DNA of 64,000 nucleotides from Fervidobacterium sp. (lineage in GTDB: Bacteria > Thermotogota > Thermotogae > Thermotogales > Fervidobacteriaceae). Shown one piece after another: positions 1 to 10,885 of this stretch. Under the pieces are notes generated by a model. It worked only from the letters and a program-made list of their open reading frames with translations. It did no database searches and was not told the origin of the DNA. Where the stretch lies: assembly GCA_049970055.1 (NCBI GenBank), contig JBMFNR010000002.1, positions 212,406 to 276,405 on the forward strand, written 5' to 3'. Position 1 is the first letter of the stretch, and every line of letters starts with the position of its first letter. Made by a program: the position numbers and the translations under genes.

Positions 1-782
1 GGGCATTTCAAACAGTTACAATACTTTATGGTGTAATAGGATTTGTATTTATGCTGCTTCCAATTTTATTTATTGATGAGAAACGTTATTGTGAACAACA
101 TTCAGTCAACGAAGGTGGACTTGAGGCTATTATCAACGCTTTTAAGGAAAAGAATTTCTTAGTCTTTGTCTTCCAAGATTTACTTTATTGGGTTGGGCTA
201 ACAGGTATAAGCCTTGGGCTTGTTTATTATGTTACTATTTTACTTGGTCTTCCAAAAGAACAAGCTTCTCAGGTTCAGCTAATCATGTTCTTACTCTCTT
301 TTGTTTTCTATGTACCAGTCAATATACTTGCGAAAAAGATGGGAAAAAAGAAATTGCTTATGATTGGTTTTATAATCTTTTCTCTCGATTTTGCTTTTGT
401 TTCGCTATTAGGCAAATTCAACTTCTCACCACTTGCACAGAGTTATGTTGTCGCAGTGCTTTCAGCTATTCCACTTGCGATATTTGGTATCTTGCCAAAT
501 GCTATGATTGCTGATATTGCTGAAGCACACGGAAAAGAGACCGGAAATTATAAGGCGGCAGTCTTTTTTGGGGCAAGAACGTTTATGCAAAAAGTGGGAC
601 AGACAATTGCTGGGCTCATATTCCCATCAATATTTATACTTGGGTCTAATGAAGTTAATGAAGCAGGCTTAAGAGTTAGTGCTATCATCTCACTTGTATT
701 CATGATCCTTGGATATGTGTTACTCTTACTCTACAATGAAAAGAGGATACTTAAGTTATTGGAAACTCCAATAAATAATTGA
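1..782 (+). CDS. MFS transporter, GPH (sugar:cation symporter)-like, 5' end outside window
   Basis: Frame is open from the window edge; several TM helices; GKKK loop and AMIADIAE...FFGARTFMQKVG motif typical of MFS_2/GPH. Confidence 0.8.
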   Translation, partial: AFQTVTILYGVIGFVFMLLPILFIDEKRYCEQHSVNEGGLEAIINAFKEKNFLVFVFQDLLYWVGLTGISLGLVYYVTILLGLPKEQASQVQLIMFLLSFVFYVPVNILAKKMGKKKLLMIGFIIFSLDFAFVSLLGKFNFSPLAQSYVVAVLSAIPLAIFGILPNAMIADIAEAHGKETGNYKAAVFFGARTFMQKVGQTIAGLIFPSIFILGSNEVNEAGLRVSAIISLVFMILGYVLLLLYNEKRILKLLETPINN

Positions 783-811
783 AAACATCAAAACCTGTTT
801 GGAAAGCTTGA

Positions 812-844
812 CAAAAGGGTGGCTTTTTTAAAGCCACCCTTTTG
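812..844. terminator. Bidirectional intrinsic terminator
   Basis: CAAAAGGGTGGCTT...AAGCCACCCTTTTG inverted repeat between convergent genes. Confidence 0.85.
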
Positions 845-855
845 CTTTTAAAGAA

Positions 856-1428
856 TTATCTAACGATTTTTTTCTTAACAAGCTCTATTAACCCTTTCGA
901 GGGAATGTTACTTACCACTGATATATTTTTGTTTGTGTATGTTTCAAATTCGTTCAAGGGAAGAGCATTACTGAGTTGGAAGAACTTTTCATAATTTTCA
1001 AAACCTTCGTCGGTTTCGATTTCTGCTAAGTATTTTACTGCGACTTTATAAGGAACATCGATCTGAAGGAATTCATCTAAGACAACTTCTGCAGGTTTAA
1101 AGCTTAAAAAATACCTTATTTTGACTACGACTGGACTTTTCGATAACTTTTCAAACAAATCAGGCTGAGGACTTATAAGAAATTCTTCTTCTTTCCTTGT
1201 AAAATCATCGCCTACTTTTGATTTAAATGCAACAATCCATTCTTCATTACCTTCTTCATCAACTGTGTACCTTATTCTGCAATCTTTATTTCCGTCTTTT
1301 ACGGGACAACTGTCAAAATACCACTGAATTACGCCAAGCCTTTTTATTGATTTTCCTTCTAGTATTTGCGCGAGCTGTTCGCTGACAAGATATTTCTTTT
1401 CCCTTTCGATACCCATAATCATGCTCAC
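856..1428 (-). CDS. CYTH-like (triphosphate tunnel metalloenzyme) protein
   Basis: N-terminal ExExK motif (IEREKKY), RIR, and AEIE motif. Confidence 0.7.
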   Translation of the reverse strand: MSMIMGIEREKKYLVSEQLAQILEGKSIKRLGVIQWYFDSCPVKDGNKDCRIRYTVDEEGNEEWIVAFKSKVGDDFTRKEEEFLISPQPDLFEKLSKSPVVVKIRYFLSFKPAEVVLDEFLQIDVPYKVAVKYLAEIETDEGFENYEKFFQLSNALPLNEFETYTNKNISVVSNIPSKGLIELVKKKIVR

Positions 1429-1470
1429 CTTATACTCTGATTATGTTATTCACTTGTTGGATTACTATCG

Positions 1471-1677
1471 CTATTGTATTATCGCTTGCTCTATTGGATA
1501 ATCTATTTCTTCGAGCTTTTTAACCACTCTTTCGATATTCTCTGTGTCTATGATTACCTCTTTTTGCGCAACCCTAACTTCAAAATCTGTCTCACCAATT
1601 TCTTCAAGTGCTTTTATGATTCTCATCTTGCAATGATTACAAGAAATATCTGGTACTTTCAAAAGGTATCTTGCCAT
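1471..1677 (-). CDS. copZ: Copper chaperone (HMA domain)
   Basis: DISCNHC metal-binding loop, about 68 aa, directly downstream of copA; start set at MARYLL. Confidence 0.85.
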   Translation of the reverse strand: MARYLLKVPDISCNHCKMRIIKALEEIGETDFEVRVAQKEVIIDTENIERVVKKLEEIDYPIEQAIIQ

Positions 1678-1702
1678 AATATGCACCATCCTTTCTTTCA
1701 TT

Positions 1703-3880
1703 CTAAGAACAACAAGAATTTCCTTTATGCTTTCTTATTTTTAGTGAGTTTAAGATTACAGTAATTGAACTCATCGCCATCGCACCTTCGGCGATAGCTG
1801 GGTGTAAAAACCCTGCCATCGCCAAAGGTATCGCAAGTACATTGTAAAAAAACGCAAACAATAAATTCGTCTTAATAGCTTTGAAAGTCAATTTTGATAT
1901 TTCAATTGCTTCAACAACTTTGGAAATTCCACCGTTTGTTATAATTATGTCAGCATTATCAATAGCCAAGTCACTTCCACTTCCAATGGCTATACCGATG
2001 TCGGCACTTTTCAAAGCCGCAGCGTCGTTAATTCCATCTCCAACCATTATAACCTTTTTTCCTTTAGCTTGGAACCTTCTTACTATATCAAGTTTTTCAT
2101 CTGGCTTCACGTTTGCAAATATCTCACTTATTCCAAGCGTCGTTGCAACGTGCTGTGCTGTTTTTTCATTGTCCCCCGTCACCATTACCGGGATGATGTT
2201 CATGTTTTTCAATGCATAAACTGCACCTTTTGAATCCTTTCTTACCGTATCCTGAATTGCAAAAAAGCCAACAATTTCGTCATTTTTCCTAATTTCAACA
2301 ATTGAGCTTCCTTTAGTTATATACTCTTCATACAATGCTGTGTCAACTGGTTTTCCAATAAAATATATGTCCGTTTTTATTTTTGCTTTAAGGCCTTGTC
2401 CATGTAACTCTTCAAAGTCCTCTATTTCACTAGACCCCTGAACATCAAAGTCTTTTAAATATTCAACAATGGCTTTAGCGAGTGGGTGCACCGATAAACT
2501 TTCTACACTCAAAATTTTTCCAACTTCCTCTTCTGGTACGTTTGAATAAACAACTCGTGGTTTTCCTTCTGTCAATGTTCCTGTCTTATCAAACAATACG
2601 AAACCCACATCTTTTGCTGTCTGTATTGCTTCTGCGTTTCTTATTAAAAGCCCTTTTTTCGCTGCTAAAGATGTTCCTACTATAAGTGCCATAGGTGTTG
2701 CAAGGCCAAGTGCACAAGGGCACGCAATAACCACGGTTGTTAGAAAAACGAAAATAGCAAAAGAAAGAGGATCTGACGTATGTAAGGTCCAGGGAAGCGC
2801 ATTTCTTATCGAGTGAGTAATCATGCTTAGTTTGTCGAAATTTAAATACCAGACCAATCCACTAAGTATGGCAAGTGCAACTATTGTGGGTACAAACCAA
2901 TTAGTTATCCTATCAGCTAAAGCCTGTATCGGTACCTTTGCACCTTGTACTTCCTGTATTAAATTAACCATCTTAGATAAAAATGTGTCTTCACCGACTT
3001 TGGTAACCTTAACTTTTATTACTCCTGTCAAGTTAAGCGATCCACCAACTACTTCATCGTTTACTTCTTTCATAACAGGAAGAGATTCTCCCGTAATCAT
3101 CGATTCATCAACAGATGTGTTTCCATCAATTATTATTCCATCCACGGGTATTCGTTCACCAGGTTTTACAAGGACAATAAACCCTTCTTTTACTGCTTCT
3201 GTTGGAATTAAAAGCTCACCTTTATCAGTCAAAACAACGACTTCTTTTGCCTGTAAATTTATAAGCTCTCTTACCTGTTTAGATGCTCGATCCCTTAAGT
3301 ATGATTCTATATATCTTCCAAGCAAGTGGAGTGAAACAATCATTGCTCCGATTGTTCCAAAAGGGTGTATATTTACACCTAAAAACGTAAGAATATTTGT
3401 TACCCATGCGGTTACAGAGCCAAAGAGTATCAACGTATCCATATTCGAATGCTTATGAATTAACGCAATTGTTGCACCTTTTATTGTTCCGCTTCCGGTG
3501 TAAAAAATGACTATACCAGCAAATATTAACTCTACTTCTCTAAAATATGGTATATTAAAACCATTCATGTGTAAAAACATTGCAATCATCAGAGGAATCG
3601 TTATACTCAGAGATAGAATCATGTTCCTCTTAGTTATTCTGAGTCTTTTTTCTTCTATTTCCTCGACAGGTTCATTTGATACACCATACCCAACATTTTC
3701 AACAGCTTTTATCAACGTATCCTCATCAACTTCTTTTTCGAGCACAACGAATGCAGTATTCGTAGCGAGATTAACGGCTGCAAATTTCACCCCGCTAACT
3801 TTCGATAAGGACTTTTCTACAATTCTTGCACAATTTGCACATGTCATGCCAGTTATTTTCAGAGTCTTCTTGACTCCCAT
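1703..3880 (-). CDS. copA: Cu(I)-translocating P1B-type ATPase
   Basis: GMTCANC HMA domain, [29 protein letters not shown] and MAMSS motifs; GAGGTG SD before MGVKK. Confidence 0.95.
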   Translation of the reverse strand: MGVKKTLKITGMTCANCARIVEKSLSKVSGVKFAAVNLATNTAFVVLEKEVDEDTLIKAVENVGYGVSNEPVEEIEEKRLRITKRNMILSLSITIPLMIAMFLHMNGFNIPYFREVELIFAGIVIFYTGSGTIKGATIALIHKHSNMDTLILFGSVTAWVTNILTFLGVNIHPFGTIGAMIVSLHLLGRYIESYLRDRASKQVRELINLQAKEVVVLTDKGELLIPTEAVKEGFIVLVKPGERIPVDGIIIDGNTSVDESMITGESLPVMKEVNDEVVGGSLNLTGVIKVKVTKVGEDTFLSKMVNLIQEVQGAKVPIQALADRITNWFVPTIVALAILSGLVWYLNFDKLSMITHSIRNALPWTLHTSDPLSFAIFVFLTTVVIACPCALGLATPMALIVGTSLAAKKGLLIRNAEAIQTAKDVGFVLFDKTGTLTEGKPRVVYSNVPEEEVGKILSVESLSVHPLAKAIVEYLKDFDVQGSSEIEDFEELHGQGLKAKIKTDIYFIGKPVDTALYEEYITKGSSIVEIRKNDEIVGFFAIQDTVRKDSKGAVYALKNMNIIPVMVTGDNEKTAQHVATTLGISEIFANVKPDEKLDIVRRFQAKGKKVIMVGDGINDAAALKSADIGIAIGSGSDLAIDNADIIITNGGISKVVEAIEISKLTFKAIKTNLLFAFFYNVLAIPLAMAGFLHPAIAEGAMAMSSITVILNSLKIRKHKGNSCCS

Positions 3881-3927
3881 CACTTCACCTCTCATCTAAA
3901 ATTACCTCAGAAATGGGTAAATACAGT

Positions 3928-3966
3928 TACTAAATTTAGTATACCACTTCGCTTAAGTAAAATCAA
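3928..3966 (-). promoter_or_regulatory. copA sigma70 promoter overlapped by a 14-bp palindrome
   Basis: Minus strand TTGATT-17 nt-TATACT with extended TG; TACTAAATTTAGTA palindrome at 3928-3941. Confidence 0.55.
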
Positions 3967-3990
3967 TAAGTACAACCTTACTTTTTGTAC

Positions 3991-5622
3991 TCACAACTGG
4001 CTTGCCGGGTAATATAGAAGGTCATTTTTCTTTGCGTAATACATCGCTTTGTCTGCTTTTTTCAAAAGTTCATCAAAATTTTGAGCATCCTCTGGAAAAA
4101 CAGCTACACCAAAATTCCCAGCTACGATTATTTTAACGTAATTATAAAATATATCTTTTTGAATTTCTTGACTGATTCGATTGATAAACTCTTCATATCC
4201 CTTGCAATCGTACATTAAAATTACAAATTCATCTCCTCCAACTCGTGAAATAAAGTCACTTTGCCTTATTGTATTTTTTAGTCTCTGAGCAACAACTTTT
4301 ATTACGTAATCCCCAATGTCGTGACCATAATAATCGTTTATAGGTTTGAAATTTTTTAAGTCGAGGAAAAATAAGCAAACTTTTTTGTTTTCTCTCAAAG
4401 CAAGTGAAAACATACGTTTGGCCTCTACTTCAAGAAACCTTCTGTTAGGAAGACCAGTTAATGGATCATGGAGTGAAAGATGTTCGAGTTGTTTTCTTTG
4501 CTCGTGTAATTGCCTTTCCAACAAGATGCGCTCGAATATTATACCAACCTGATTGGCAAATAACCTTCCTATATTTATGGAAAGTTCCGAAAACGCATTT
4601 TCGCTTGTAAAATTATCCAAGTTTAAGAATGCAAGGATTTCATCGTTTATAACTATTGGTATTGAAAGAGTTGATTTTATTTCAAAAATCTTTCCAACCG
4701 TCTTTAGTATCTCTGCATTTTCGTGAGTCAACGTGTTAATATCGAACTTGTCGAGGTTCTTGATAATCTGTATTTCTTTTGTAAATCCTTGTACGAGTTC
4801 TTCAGGTTTTAACTTCACATTTGAGAGTTTTTCAAAATCGAATCCAACGGAAGCAGAATAAACAAAATAATCTCCTTGCTTTGTCAAAATGCTTCCCGCC
4901 TGAGCGCCTGGAATAATTTCTATAGCTTTTTCTAATAAATTTTGATAAGTTGGTTCAAGTACCCCTTTAAGAAGTTGTTGAGTTAACTCAGTAAGTGCTC
5001 TCAGGGATTTTTCTTGAATTTTTATAACTTTAATGTTCTTTTGTTCGTAGTGATAAAAAGTTATAAGAGCTGAGAAAAGTGTGAGTAAAGAAATGCTTAT
5101 CCAAATCCATATATCCATGAGTGTTAATTTTGATTTGTACCTAAGGTTGTACAAAAGTGGTGGGCCTTTCTTCGTGATTAATATATTCTTTATATGCATG
5201 TTATCCAATAACCTTTGCGCAGGAATAAAAGCGATAGCAACCTTGCCATCCAATTTCGACGTTCTAAAGTTATCAAATATACCAAATTCACAGATGATTT
5301 GTGTTTCATCCGAAGTGATATGAAAGAGCGAGTCACCGTTGAAATTTTTGTTTTCTATCTTCACATTCTCGACTTCAGGGAAACTCTTTAATAAGTCTTG
5401 AATACTCTCAGATAACCATCGCACGTCGTTATTTGAAACTGCTTCTAGCATGTCGTCCCATTGAAAATAACTCACAGAAATCGCTCTTGCCAAAAGGTCG
5501 ATGTTTTTATTGAGAGTGAACCTAACAGTTTCAACCAACGATGTAGAATACAAATTGAATATATAATACGGAAGAAATAACAAAGCAAAAGCAATAAATA
5601 GCACAACAAAAAACCTTTTCAA
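3991..5622 (-). CDS. Membrane diguanylate cyclase (CHASE4-like sensor, GAF, GGDEF)
   Basis: Two TM segments around a WDD-containing domain, GAF-like region, DPLTGLPNRR, RxxD I-site (RQSD) and GGDEF; TTG start after GGGAGG chosen. Confidence 0.9.
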   Translation of the reverse strand: MKRFFVVLFIAFALLFLPYYIFNLYSTSLVETVRFTLNKNIDLLARAISVSYFQWDDMLEAVSNNDVRWLSESIQDLLKSFPEVENVKIENKNFNGDSLFHITSDETQIICEFGIFDNFRTSKLDGKVAIAFIPAQRLLDNMHIKNILITKKGPPLLYNLRYKSKLTLMDIWIWISISLLTLFSALITFYHYEQKNIKVIKIQEKSLRALTELTQQLLKGVLEPTYQNLLEKAIEIIPGAQAGSILTKQGDYFVYSASVGFDFEKLSNVKLKPEELVQGFTKEIQIIKNLDKFDINTLTHENAEILKTVGKIFEIKSTLSIPIVINDEILAFLNLDNFTSENAFSELSINIGRLFANQVGIIFERILLERQLHEQRKQLEHLSLHDPLTGLPNRRFLEVEAKRMFSLALRENKKVCLFFLDLKNFKPINDYYGHDIGDYVIKVVAQRLKNTIRQSDFISRVGGDEFVILMYDCKGYEEFINRISQEIQKDIFYNYVKIIVAGNFGVAVFPEDAQNFDELLKKADKAMYYAKKNDLLYYPASQL

Positions 5623-5933
5623 GGTTTCATCCTCCCTTTCCAATTCTTTTTTCACATTTTTCTCATTTGCTTGTGTCATCTCTATTATTGGCTTCACTAT
5701 TGCTTTTTTGTTTCTATCTAGTCCTACCGAGTTTGCGCTATCAACGTTCTAAGTCTGTTTCACGTATTTTAATTGGAAAATTTAATATTCCATTTTCCAC
5801 AATTTTAGTGGGGAATTACAGTTAGTATTATATCACACTTAAAAATTATAAAGAAAAACTAAAGGCAATAAGGTATAATATCTTTGTACACTTTACACAC
5901 TTTGCACATAGCTACTAACTTGGAGGTGGTCTG

Positions 5934-6863
5934 ATGATATTTACATTGACTATGAATCCCTGTCTTGATAGGTACATTTACGTTGATGAACTTGTCATTG
6001 ACGATACTATCCGAGCAAAGAAGGTTGTTGACTACCCTGCCGGAAAAGGGATCGATGTTTCAAGGGTAATTAAAGAACTTGGTGGAGTTTCAATCGCCAT
6101 TGCTCTCGTTGGTGGTGACACAGGAAGAAAGCTTGAAGAAATGCTTGATAGAGAAGGGGTAATTTACAGTTCGATTAGAGTACCTCAAGAAACAAGGATG
6201 AATGTAATTTTAGAGACAAACAAAGGGCAATACAGAATAAGTATGCCGGGTGAAAAAATAAGTGTGAAGAAACTTCAGGTTGTTTTGGAAGTGCTTCAAG
6301 CGCTTGTGAGAACAGGTGACATTGTTGTCATCTCAGGTAGTTTGCCGAAAGGTGTGGCAGCGGAATTTTACACTGGTATCATATTTGCATTAAAACAGTG
6401 GGGAGCTACAGTTTATTTTGACGCGGATGGTGATAAACTTAAAGCAGGATTGATAGGTCAACCAGATTACATAAAGCCAAATTTGCACGAGTTTCAAAGG
6501 TTAATAGGTAAGCAGATCACAACGGTGCAAGAGATAATTTCAGAAGCAAGAAAAGTCATAGATATCCACGAGCTGAAAGGAATTTTGTTAACACTGGGTG
6601 GAGAGGGAGCGTACTATATTTCAAAAGAAAAGGTACTGTTTACGAAGACAGTGAAAGTAAATGTCAAAAGTGCTGTTGGAGCTGGTGATTCGTTCCTTGC
6701 AGGTTTTGTTTTGAAGAAAACAGAAGGAGCAAGCGAAGAAGAGGCATTAAAGTGGGCCAATGCAGCAGGTACAGCAGCAGTTATGACCCCTGGAACAAGA
6801 CTTTGCAAGAAGTCCGATGTTGAAAAGTTGATTGACAAAATTGAGGTTCAAAGAGTAGAATAA
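5934..6863 (+). CDS. 1-phosphofructokinase family (PfkB) hexose kinase
   Basis: TLTMNPCLD, GKGIDVSR, IKPN and SAVGAGDSFLAG PfkB signatures. Confidence 0.9.
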   Translation: MIFTLTMNPCLDRYIYVDELVIDDTIRAKKVVDYPAGKGIDVSRVIKELGGVSIAIALVGGDTGRKLEEMLDREGVIYSSIRVPQETRMNVILETNKGQYRISMPGEKISVKKLQVVLEVLQALVRTGDIVVISGSLPKGVAAEFYTGIIFALKQWGATVYFDADGDKLKAGLIGQPDYIKPNLHEFQRLIGKQITTVQEIISEARKVIDIHELKGILLTLGGEGAYYISKEKVLFTKTVKVNVKSAVGAGDSFLAGFVLKKTEGASEEEALKWANAAGTAAVMTPGTRLCKKSDVEKLIDKIEVQRVE

Positions 6864-6889
6864 AAATGATCAAGAAGTAGTGAAAAAAA

Positions 6890-6912
6890 CAAGGCTGCCA
6901 GTGGCAGCCTTG
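6890..6912. terminator. Intrinsic terminator between convergent pfkB-family gene and oppF
   Basis: CAAGGCTGCC-AGT-GGCAGCCTTG stem; A-run on the left gives a U-tail on the minus strand. Confidence 0.8.
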
Positions 6913-6948
6913 CTTTAATATTATTATTTATTTTAGTATTTATAAATT

Positions 6949-7929
6949 TCAGTAAAGGTGACATGCGATTTGTCTACCATCCTCAAGTTTTTTTTGCACA
7001 GGTTGTGTTGTTTTACATATATTCATTGCATACTGGCACCTTGGGTGGAATCTACATCCAGCGGGAGGATTAATTGGATTTGGTACTTCTCCTTTGGGAA
7101 TAAATTTTTCTTTTGTCTCCATTAACTTCGGATCAGGTTCAGGTATAGCGGATATCAATGCTTTGGTGTACGGATGCTTTGGATTTTCGTAAATATGACT
7201 GTAAGTACCGATTTCTACAAATTTGCCAAGGTACATAACACCAACGTGATCGCAAATATACTTAGTTGTTGCCAGATCATGTGTGATGAACAAAAACGTT
7301 AGATCAAACTCTTTCTTAAGATCGATTAACAATTGCAGAAGTTGAGATCTCACTGATACATCTAACATCGCGAGTGCTTCGTCTGCGACGATAAACTCCG
7401 GCTTCAAAATTAACGCCCTTGCTATCACCACACGTTGTCTTTGACCTCCCGAGATCTCGTGTGGATAACTATTGTAAAGTTCAGTAGATAAATTCACTCT
7501 CTCCATCATTTCTAAAACCATCTTTTTCCTTTCACTGTCGGTTTTGCCTATGTTATGAATTTCAAGACCATGTTTTATTGCATCACCGATTTTCATGTAT
7601 GGATTAAGGGAAGCAGTTGGATCTTGGAATATAATTTGAAACCTTTTTCTAAAAGATCGCAATTCACTTTGGCTAAGTTTGGTTATATCAACACCATCGA
7701 ATATAATTTTTCCACTTGTTGGTTCTATTAAGCGCAACACAAGCCTTCCTGTTGTAGTTTTTCCACTTCCAGATTCACCAACTAATCCTAAGGTTTCTCC
7801 CTTTTTTATCTCAAAAGATATATTATCAACGGCTTTGACAAGCTTTTGTTCCTTTCCGGTTAAAACTTCTCCAATCGATCTTTTTACAGGAAAGTATTTC
7901 ACTAAGTTTTCCACTTTTAGAAGTGACAT
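6949..7929 (-). CDS. oppF: Oligopeptide/dipeptide ABC transporter ATPase
   Basis: GESGSGKT, ISGGQRQR, C-terminal GCRFHPRC...C...C domain; TAATG coupling to oppD. Confidence 0.9.
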   Translation of the reverse strand: MSLLKVENLVKYFPVKRSIGEVLTGKEQKLVKAVDNISFEIKKGETLGLVGESGSGKTTTGRLVLRLIEPTSGKIIFDGVDITKLSQSELRSFRKRFQIIFQDPTASLNPYMKIGDAIKHGLEIHNIGKTDSERKKMVLEMMERVNLSTELYNSYPHEISGGQRQRVVIARALILKPEFIVADEALAMLDVSVRSQLLQLLIDLKKEFDLTFLFITHDLATTKYICDHVGVMYLGKFVEIGTYSHIYENPKHPYTKALISAIPEPDPKLMETKEKFIPKGEVPNPINPPAGCRFHPRCQYAMNICKTTQPVQKKLEDGRQIACHLY

Positions 7930-8924
7930 TATATCACCTCGTTTTCGACGTGCGATTCGTAAAGCCAACACTTAACTTGTGTCCCTTCGACTTTGTACAT
8001 CGGGGGCTCTAATGTTTCACATTTTTGCATTTTAAATGGGCACCGACTTGCGAATCGACAACCAGGTTCCGGGTTTAGCAAAAATGGAGGGGAACCTGGT
8101 ATGTAATTGAGTTCTAAATCCCTTGGGTTTGTATTTGGTATACTTTTAAGTAGCAGCTGGGTGTATGGATGTTTTGGAAAATAGTATATATCGTACTTAG
8201 GGGCAATTTCTACCATGTGCCCAGCGTACATCACCGCAATTCTGTCGGCCATTTCAGCAACTACACCTAGGTCGTGTGTGATAAGTATCATCGAGGAATT
8301 GTATTCCTTTCGAATCTCATTTAGAAGTTCAAGTATCTGTGCTTGTACTATCACATCGAGCGAAGTTGTAGGTTCGTCCGCAATAACTATGTACGGATTC
8401 AAGACAAGGGCTAGTGCGATCATAACCCGTTGGCGCATACCGCCACTGAATTGAAAGGGATATTCCCTCATTCTTACTGGTTCAATACCGACCTTTTCAA
8501 GTATTTTTGCTGTTCTTTCTGCTGCTTGCTCCTTTGTTATTGTAGGCTCGTGTTCTTTTAGTGTTTCGTAGAAAAGTTTCTCGACTTTTATTATTGGATT
8601 CAACGCTGTCATTGGATCTTGGAAAATCATGCCAACAAGCTTTCCTCTCACTTTTCTCATTTGCTGTTCGTTTAAAGGTACAATATCTGTATCTACAACC
8701 CTCATCTGCCCTATGTACTTTGTGGAAGGTGGTAGCAATTTCAAAATTCCCTGCCCGAGTGTGGATTTTCCACAACCGGATTCACCAACGATACCTAAAG
8801 TCTCACCTTCGTAAACAGAAAAAGAAATTCCATCAACAGCCTTCACATACCCTCGTTTTGTTGAATAATATATCCTAAAATCTTTAGCCTCCAAAACTGT
8901 TTTATTTTTATTAACATTTGCCAT
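7929..8924 (-). CDS. oppD: Oligopeptide/dipeptide ABC transporter ATPase
   Basis: GESGCGKS, FSGGMRQR, DEPTT, GCRFASRC. Confidence 0.9.
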   Translation of the reverse strand: MANVNKNKTVLEAKDFRIYYSTKRGYVKAVDGISFSVYEGETLGIVGESGCGKSTLGQGILKLLPPSTKYIGQMRVVDTDIVPLNEQQMRKVRGKLVGMIFQDPMTALNPIIKVEKLFYETLKEHEPTITKEQAAERTAKILEKVGIEPVRMREYPFQFSGGMRQRVMIALALVLNPYIVIADEPTTSLDVIVQAQILELLNEIRKEYNSSMILITHDLGVVAEMADRIAVMYAGHMVEIAPKYDIYYFPKHPYTQLLLKSIPNTNPRDLELNYIPGSPPFLLNPEPGCRFASRCPFKMQKCETLEPPMYKVEGTQVKCWLYESHVENEVI

Positions 8925-8928
8925 CTCA

Positions 8929-9807
8929 TCACCTTCTTTCTCTTATCGTTGGATTAAGAAGTTCATTGAGACCTTCACTAAACATTGAAAATCCAAGAGC
9001 TGCAATAACTATCGCAAGTCCGGGATATAATATAGCCCACCATGCTCTACTGAGGATGAATCTTTGTCCGCTACTCAAGTCGAATCCCCAGTCAGGTGTT
9101 GGTGGTGCGATTCCCAATCCCAAGAAAGAAAGTCCGGCTTCCGTCATCAAGGCATCTGCTAAGTTCATAGAAAGAACCACAACAACAGATGGCATAACGT
9201 TTGGAAAAACATACTTGGTGAGTATCTCCCAATTTTTTGCACCAAGTGCCCTTGCTCCTTCAACATACAATTCATTCTTAACTGATGAGACCTGATTTCG
9301 TATGATTCTAAAGTAGGTTGGTGCGTACACCACAGCGATAGAGAATGAAATATTGACAATTCCAGGTCCCAGTACGGCGGCGATAGCGATAGCTAAAATC
9401 AATCCAGGGAAAACATAAAGTGCATCCATTATGAGTGTTAAAATCCTGTCAAGCCATCCTCCAACGTAACCTGAAATCAATCCGAGTGGTATACCTATTA
9501 TCGCGGCTATAACTACACCTAAAAAAGAAACACTAAGCGCTATTCTCGAACCGTATATAACTCTACTGAAGACATCCCTTCCAAGATTATCTGTACCGAA
9601 CAGGAAATCTTTTGAAGGTGGTTCAAGCGAAAGCCCAACTTTTTCGATAGGATCGTACCTACTTATATATGGTGCGAGAAAGGCTACAAGTATATAAAAA
9701 ATCAAAATAAGTCCACCTATTAACGTTAACCTACCCGTACCAGTGCCAACAAGGTCTCTTAAAATTTCTCCGATGCTTTCGCTGATAAACTTTTTATCTT
9801 TACCCAT
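8929..9807 (-). CDS. oppC: Opp/Dpp ABC permease
   Basis: FGTDNLGRDVFSR, EAA-loop (EGARALGA), SFLGLG. Confidence 0.9.
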   Translation of the reverse strand: MGKDKKFISESIGEILRDLVGTGTGRLTLIGGLILIFYILVAFLAPYISRYDPIEKVGLSLEPPSKDFLFGTDNLGRDVFSRVIYGSRIALSVSFLGVVIAAIIGIPLGLISGYVGGWLDRILTLIMDALYVFPGLILAIAIAAVLGPGIVNISFSIAVVYAPTYFRIIRNQVSSVKNELYVEGARALGAKNWEILTKYVFPNVMPSVVVVLSMNLADALMTEAGLSFLGLGIAPPTPDWGFDLSSGQRFILSRAWWAILYPGLAIVIAALGFSMFSEGLNELLNPTIRERR

Positions 9808-9832
9808 ATTATTTTCACCCCTCAAATGCTGA

Positions 9833-10840
9833 CTAATACCTAACTCGAGGATCAACTAATGCATTGACTATATCGATAACGATGCTCGTTATCACTATAA
9901 ATATCGCAAAAAAAACAATAGTTCCTTGTATAGCCGGAAAATCCCTATAACGAATTTTCATAACAAGATAGCTTCCTATCCCTGGCCAAGAAAACGTTGT
10001 TTCCGTTAAAACAGCACCAGCCAACAAAAGAGCAAATTCCATACCCATGATTGTAAAAATTGGTACGAACGCATTTCTCACTGCATGACCGTAAAGAACA
10101 ATCCTTTTTTTCAAACCTCTTGCACGAGCAGCTTTAACAAAGTCTTTTGAAAGCATCAAAACAGTATTATTCCTAACCATTCTAAGAAAAATACTAGAAA
10201 TAACTGTTCCAAGCGTAATACTTGGAAGTGCGAGATACTTTAGTGCCTCCATCAAGCCTTTCCAATCTCTTGCAATTAAAGCATCTAAAACGTACAATCC
10301 CGTAACTACTTTGAAATTCACTACGGCAGAAATCCTTCCACCTACTGGTAACCATCTCAAATAGGATCCAAAAATCAACTGCAGTAGTAATCCAAACCAA
10401 AAGACTGGGAATGCGTAGATTAGCAGCGAATAAACCCTTGCTGCTATATCAAGTGCTCCATCTTTCCTCCATGCAGCCTCCGCTCCCCAAAAGATTCCAA
10501 TTAGCAAAGCTACGATAAATGAAAATATCGTTAACTCCAAAGTAGCCGGAAACCTATCTTTTATCTCATCTATAACAGGGCGATTCGTCAACGTAGATGT
10601 TCCAAAGTCTCCCTTTAAGACGTTAACTACATAGTCACCAAATTGGGCTAAAATAGGTTTATCAAGCCCCATTTCATGCCTTTTTTCCTCTATAACTTCC
10701 TTCGGTGCTTTGCCGCCAAGAATGGCGAGTACAGGATCACCAGGCATTACTCTGAGGATTACAAAAATAACAGAAAGCAAAATAAAAATCATGGGAATAG
10801 CAAGCAGAATTCTTGTGATGATGTAATTTTTTAACGACAA
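9833..10840 (-). CDS. oppB: Opp/Dpp ABC permease
   Basis: MPGDP, RFPATLEL, ARARGL, ETTFSWPGIG, RDFPAIQG. Confidence 0.9.
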   Translation of the reverse strand: MSLKNYIITRILLAIPMIFILLSVIFVILRVMPGDPVLAILGGKAPKEVIEEKRHEMGLDKPILAQFGDYVVNVLKGDFGTSTLTNRPVIDEIKDRFPATLELTIFSFIVALLIGIFWGAEAAWRKDGALDIAARVYSLLIYAFPVFWFGLLLQLIFGSYLRWLPVGGRISAVVNFKVVTGLYVLDALIARDWKGLMEALKYLALPSITLGTVISSIFLRMVRNNTVLMLSKDFVKAARARGLKKRIVLYGHAVRNAFVPIFTIMGMEFALLLAGAVLTETTFSWPGIGSYLVMKIRYRDFPAIQGTIVFFAIFIVITSIVIDIVNALVDPRVRY

Positions 10841-10885
10841 TTCGCATCCCTCCTGAAGCTTGGTTTTGGTTATTTAAATATTTAA

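Noticed and set aside
5700..5760. GCGCAAAC...GGAC resembling part of a c-di-GMP-I riboswitch upstream of the cyclase
   Set aside because: No GAAA-capped P2 stem and no GCAAAG/P3 pairing could be built
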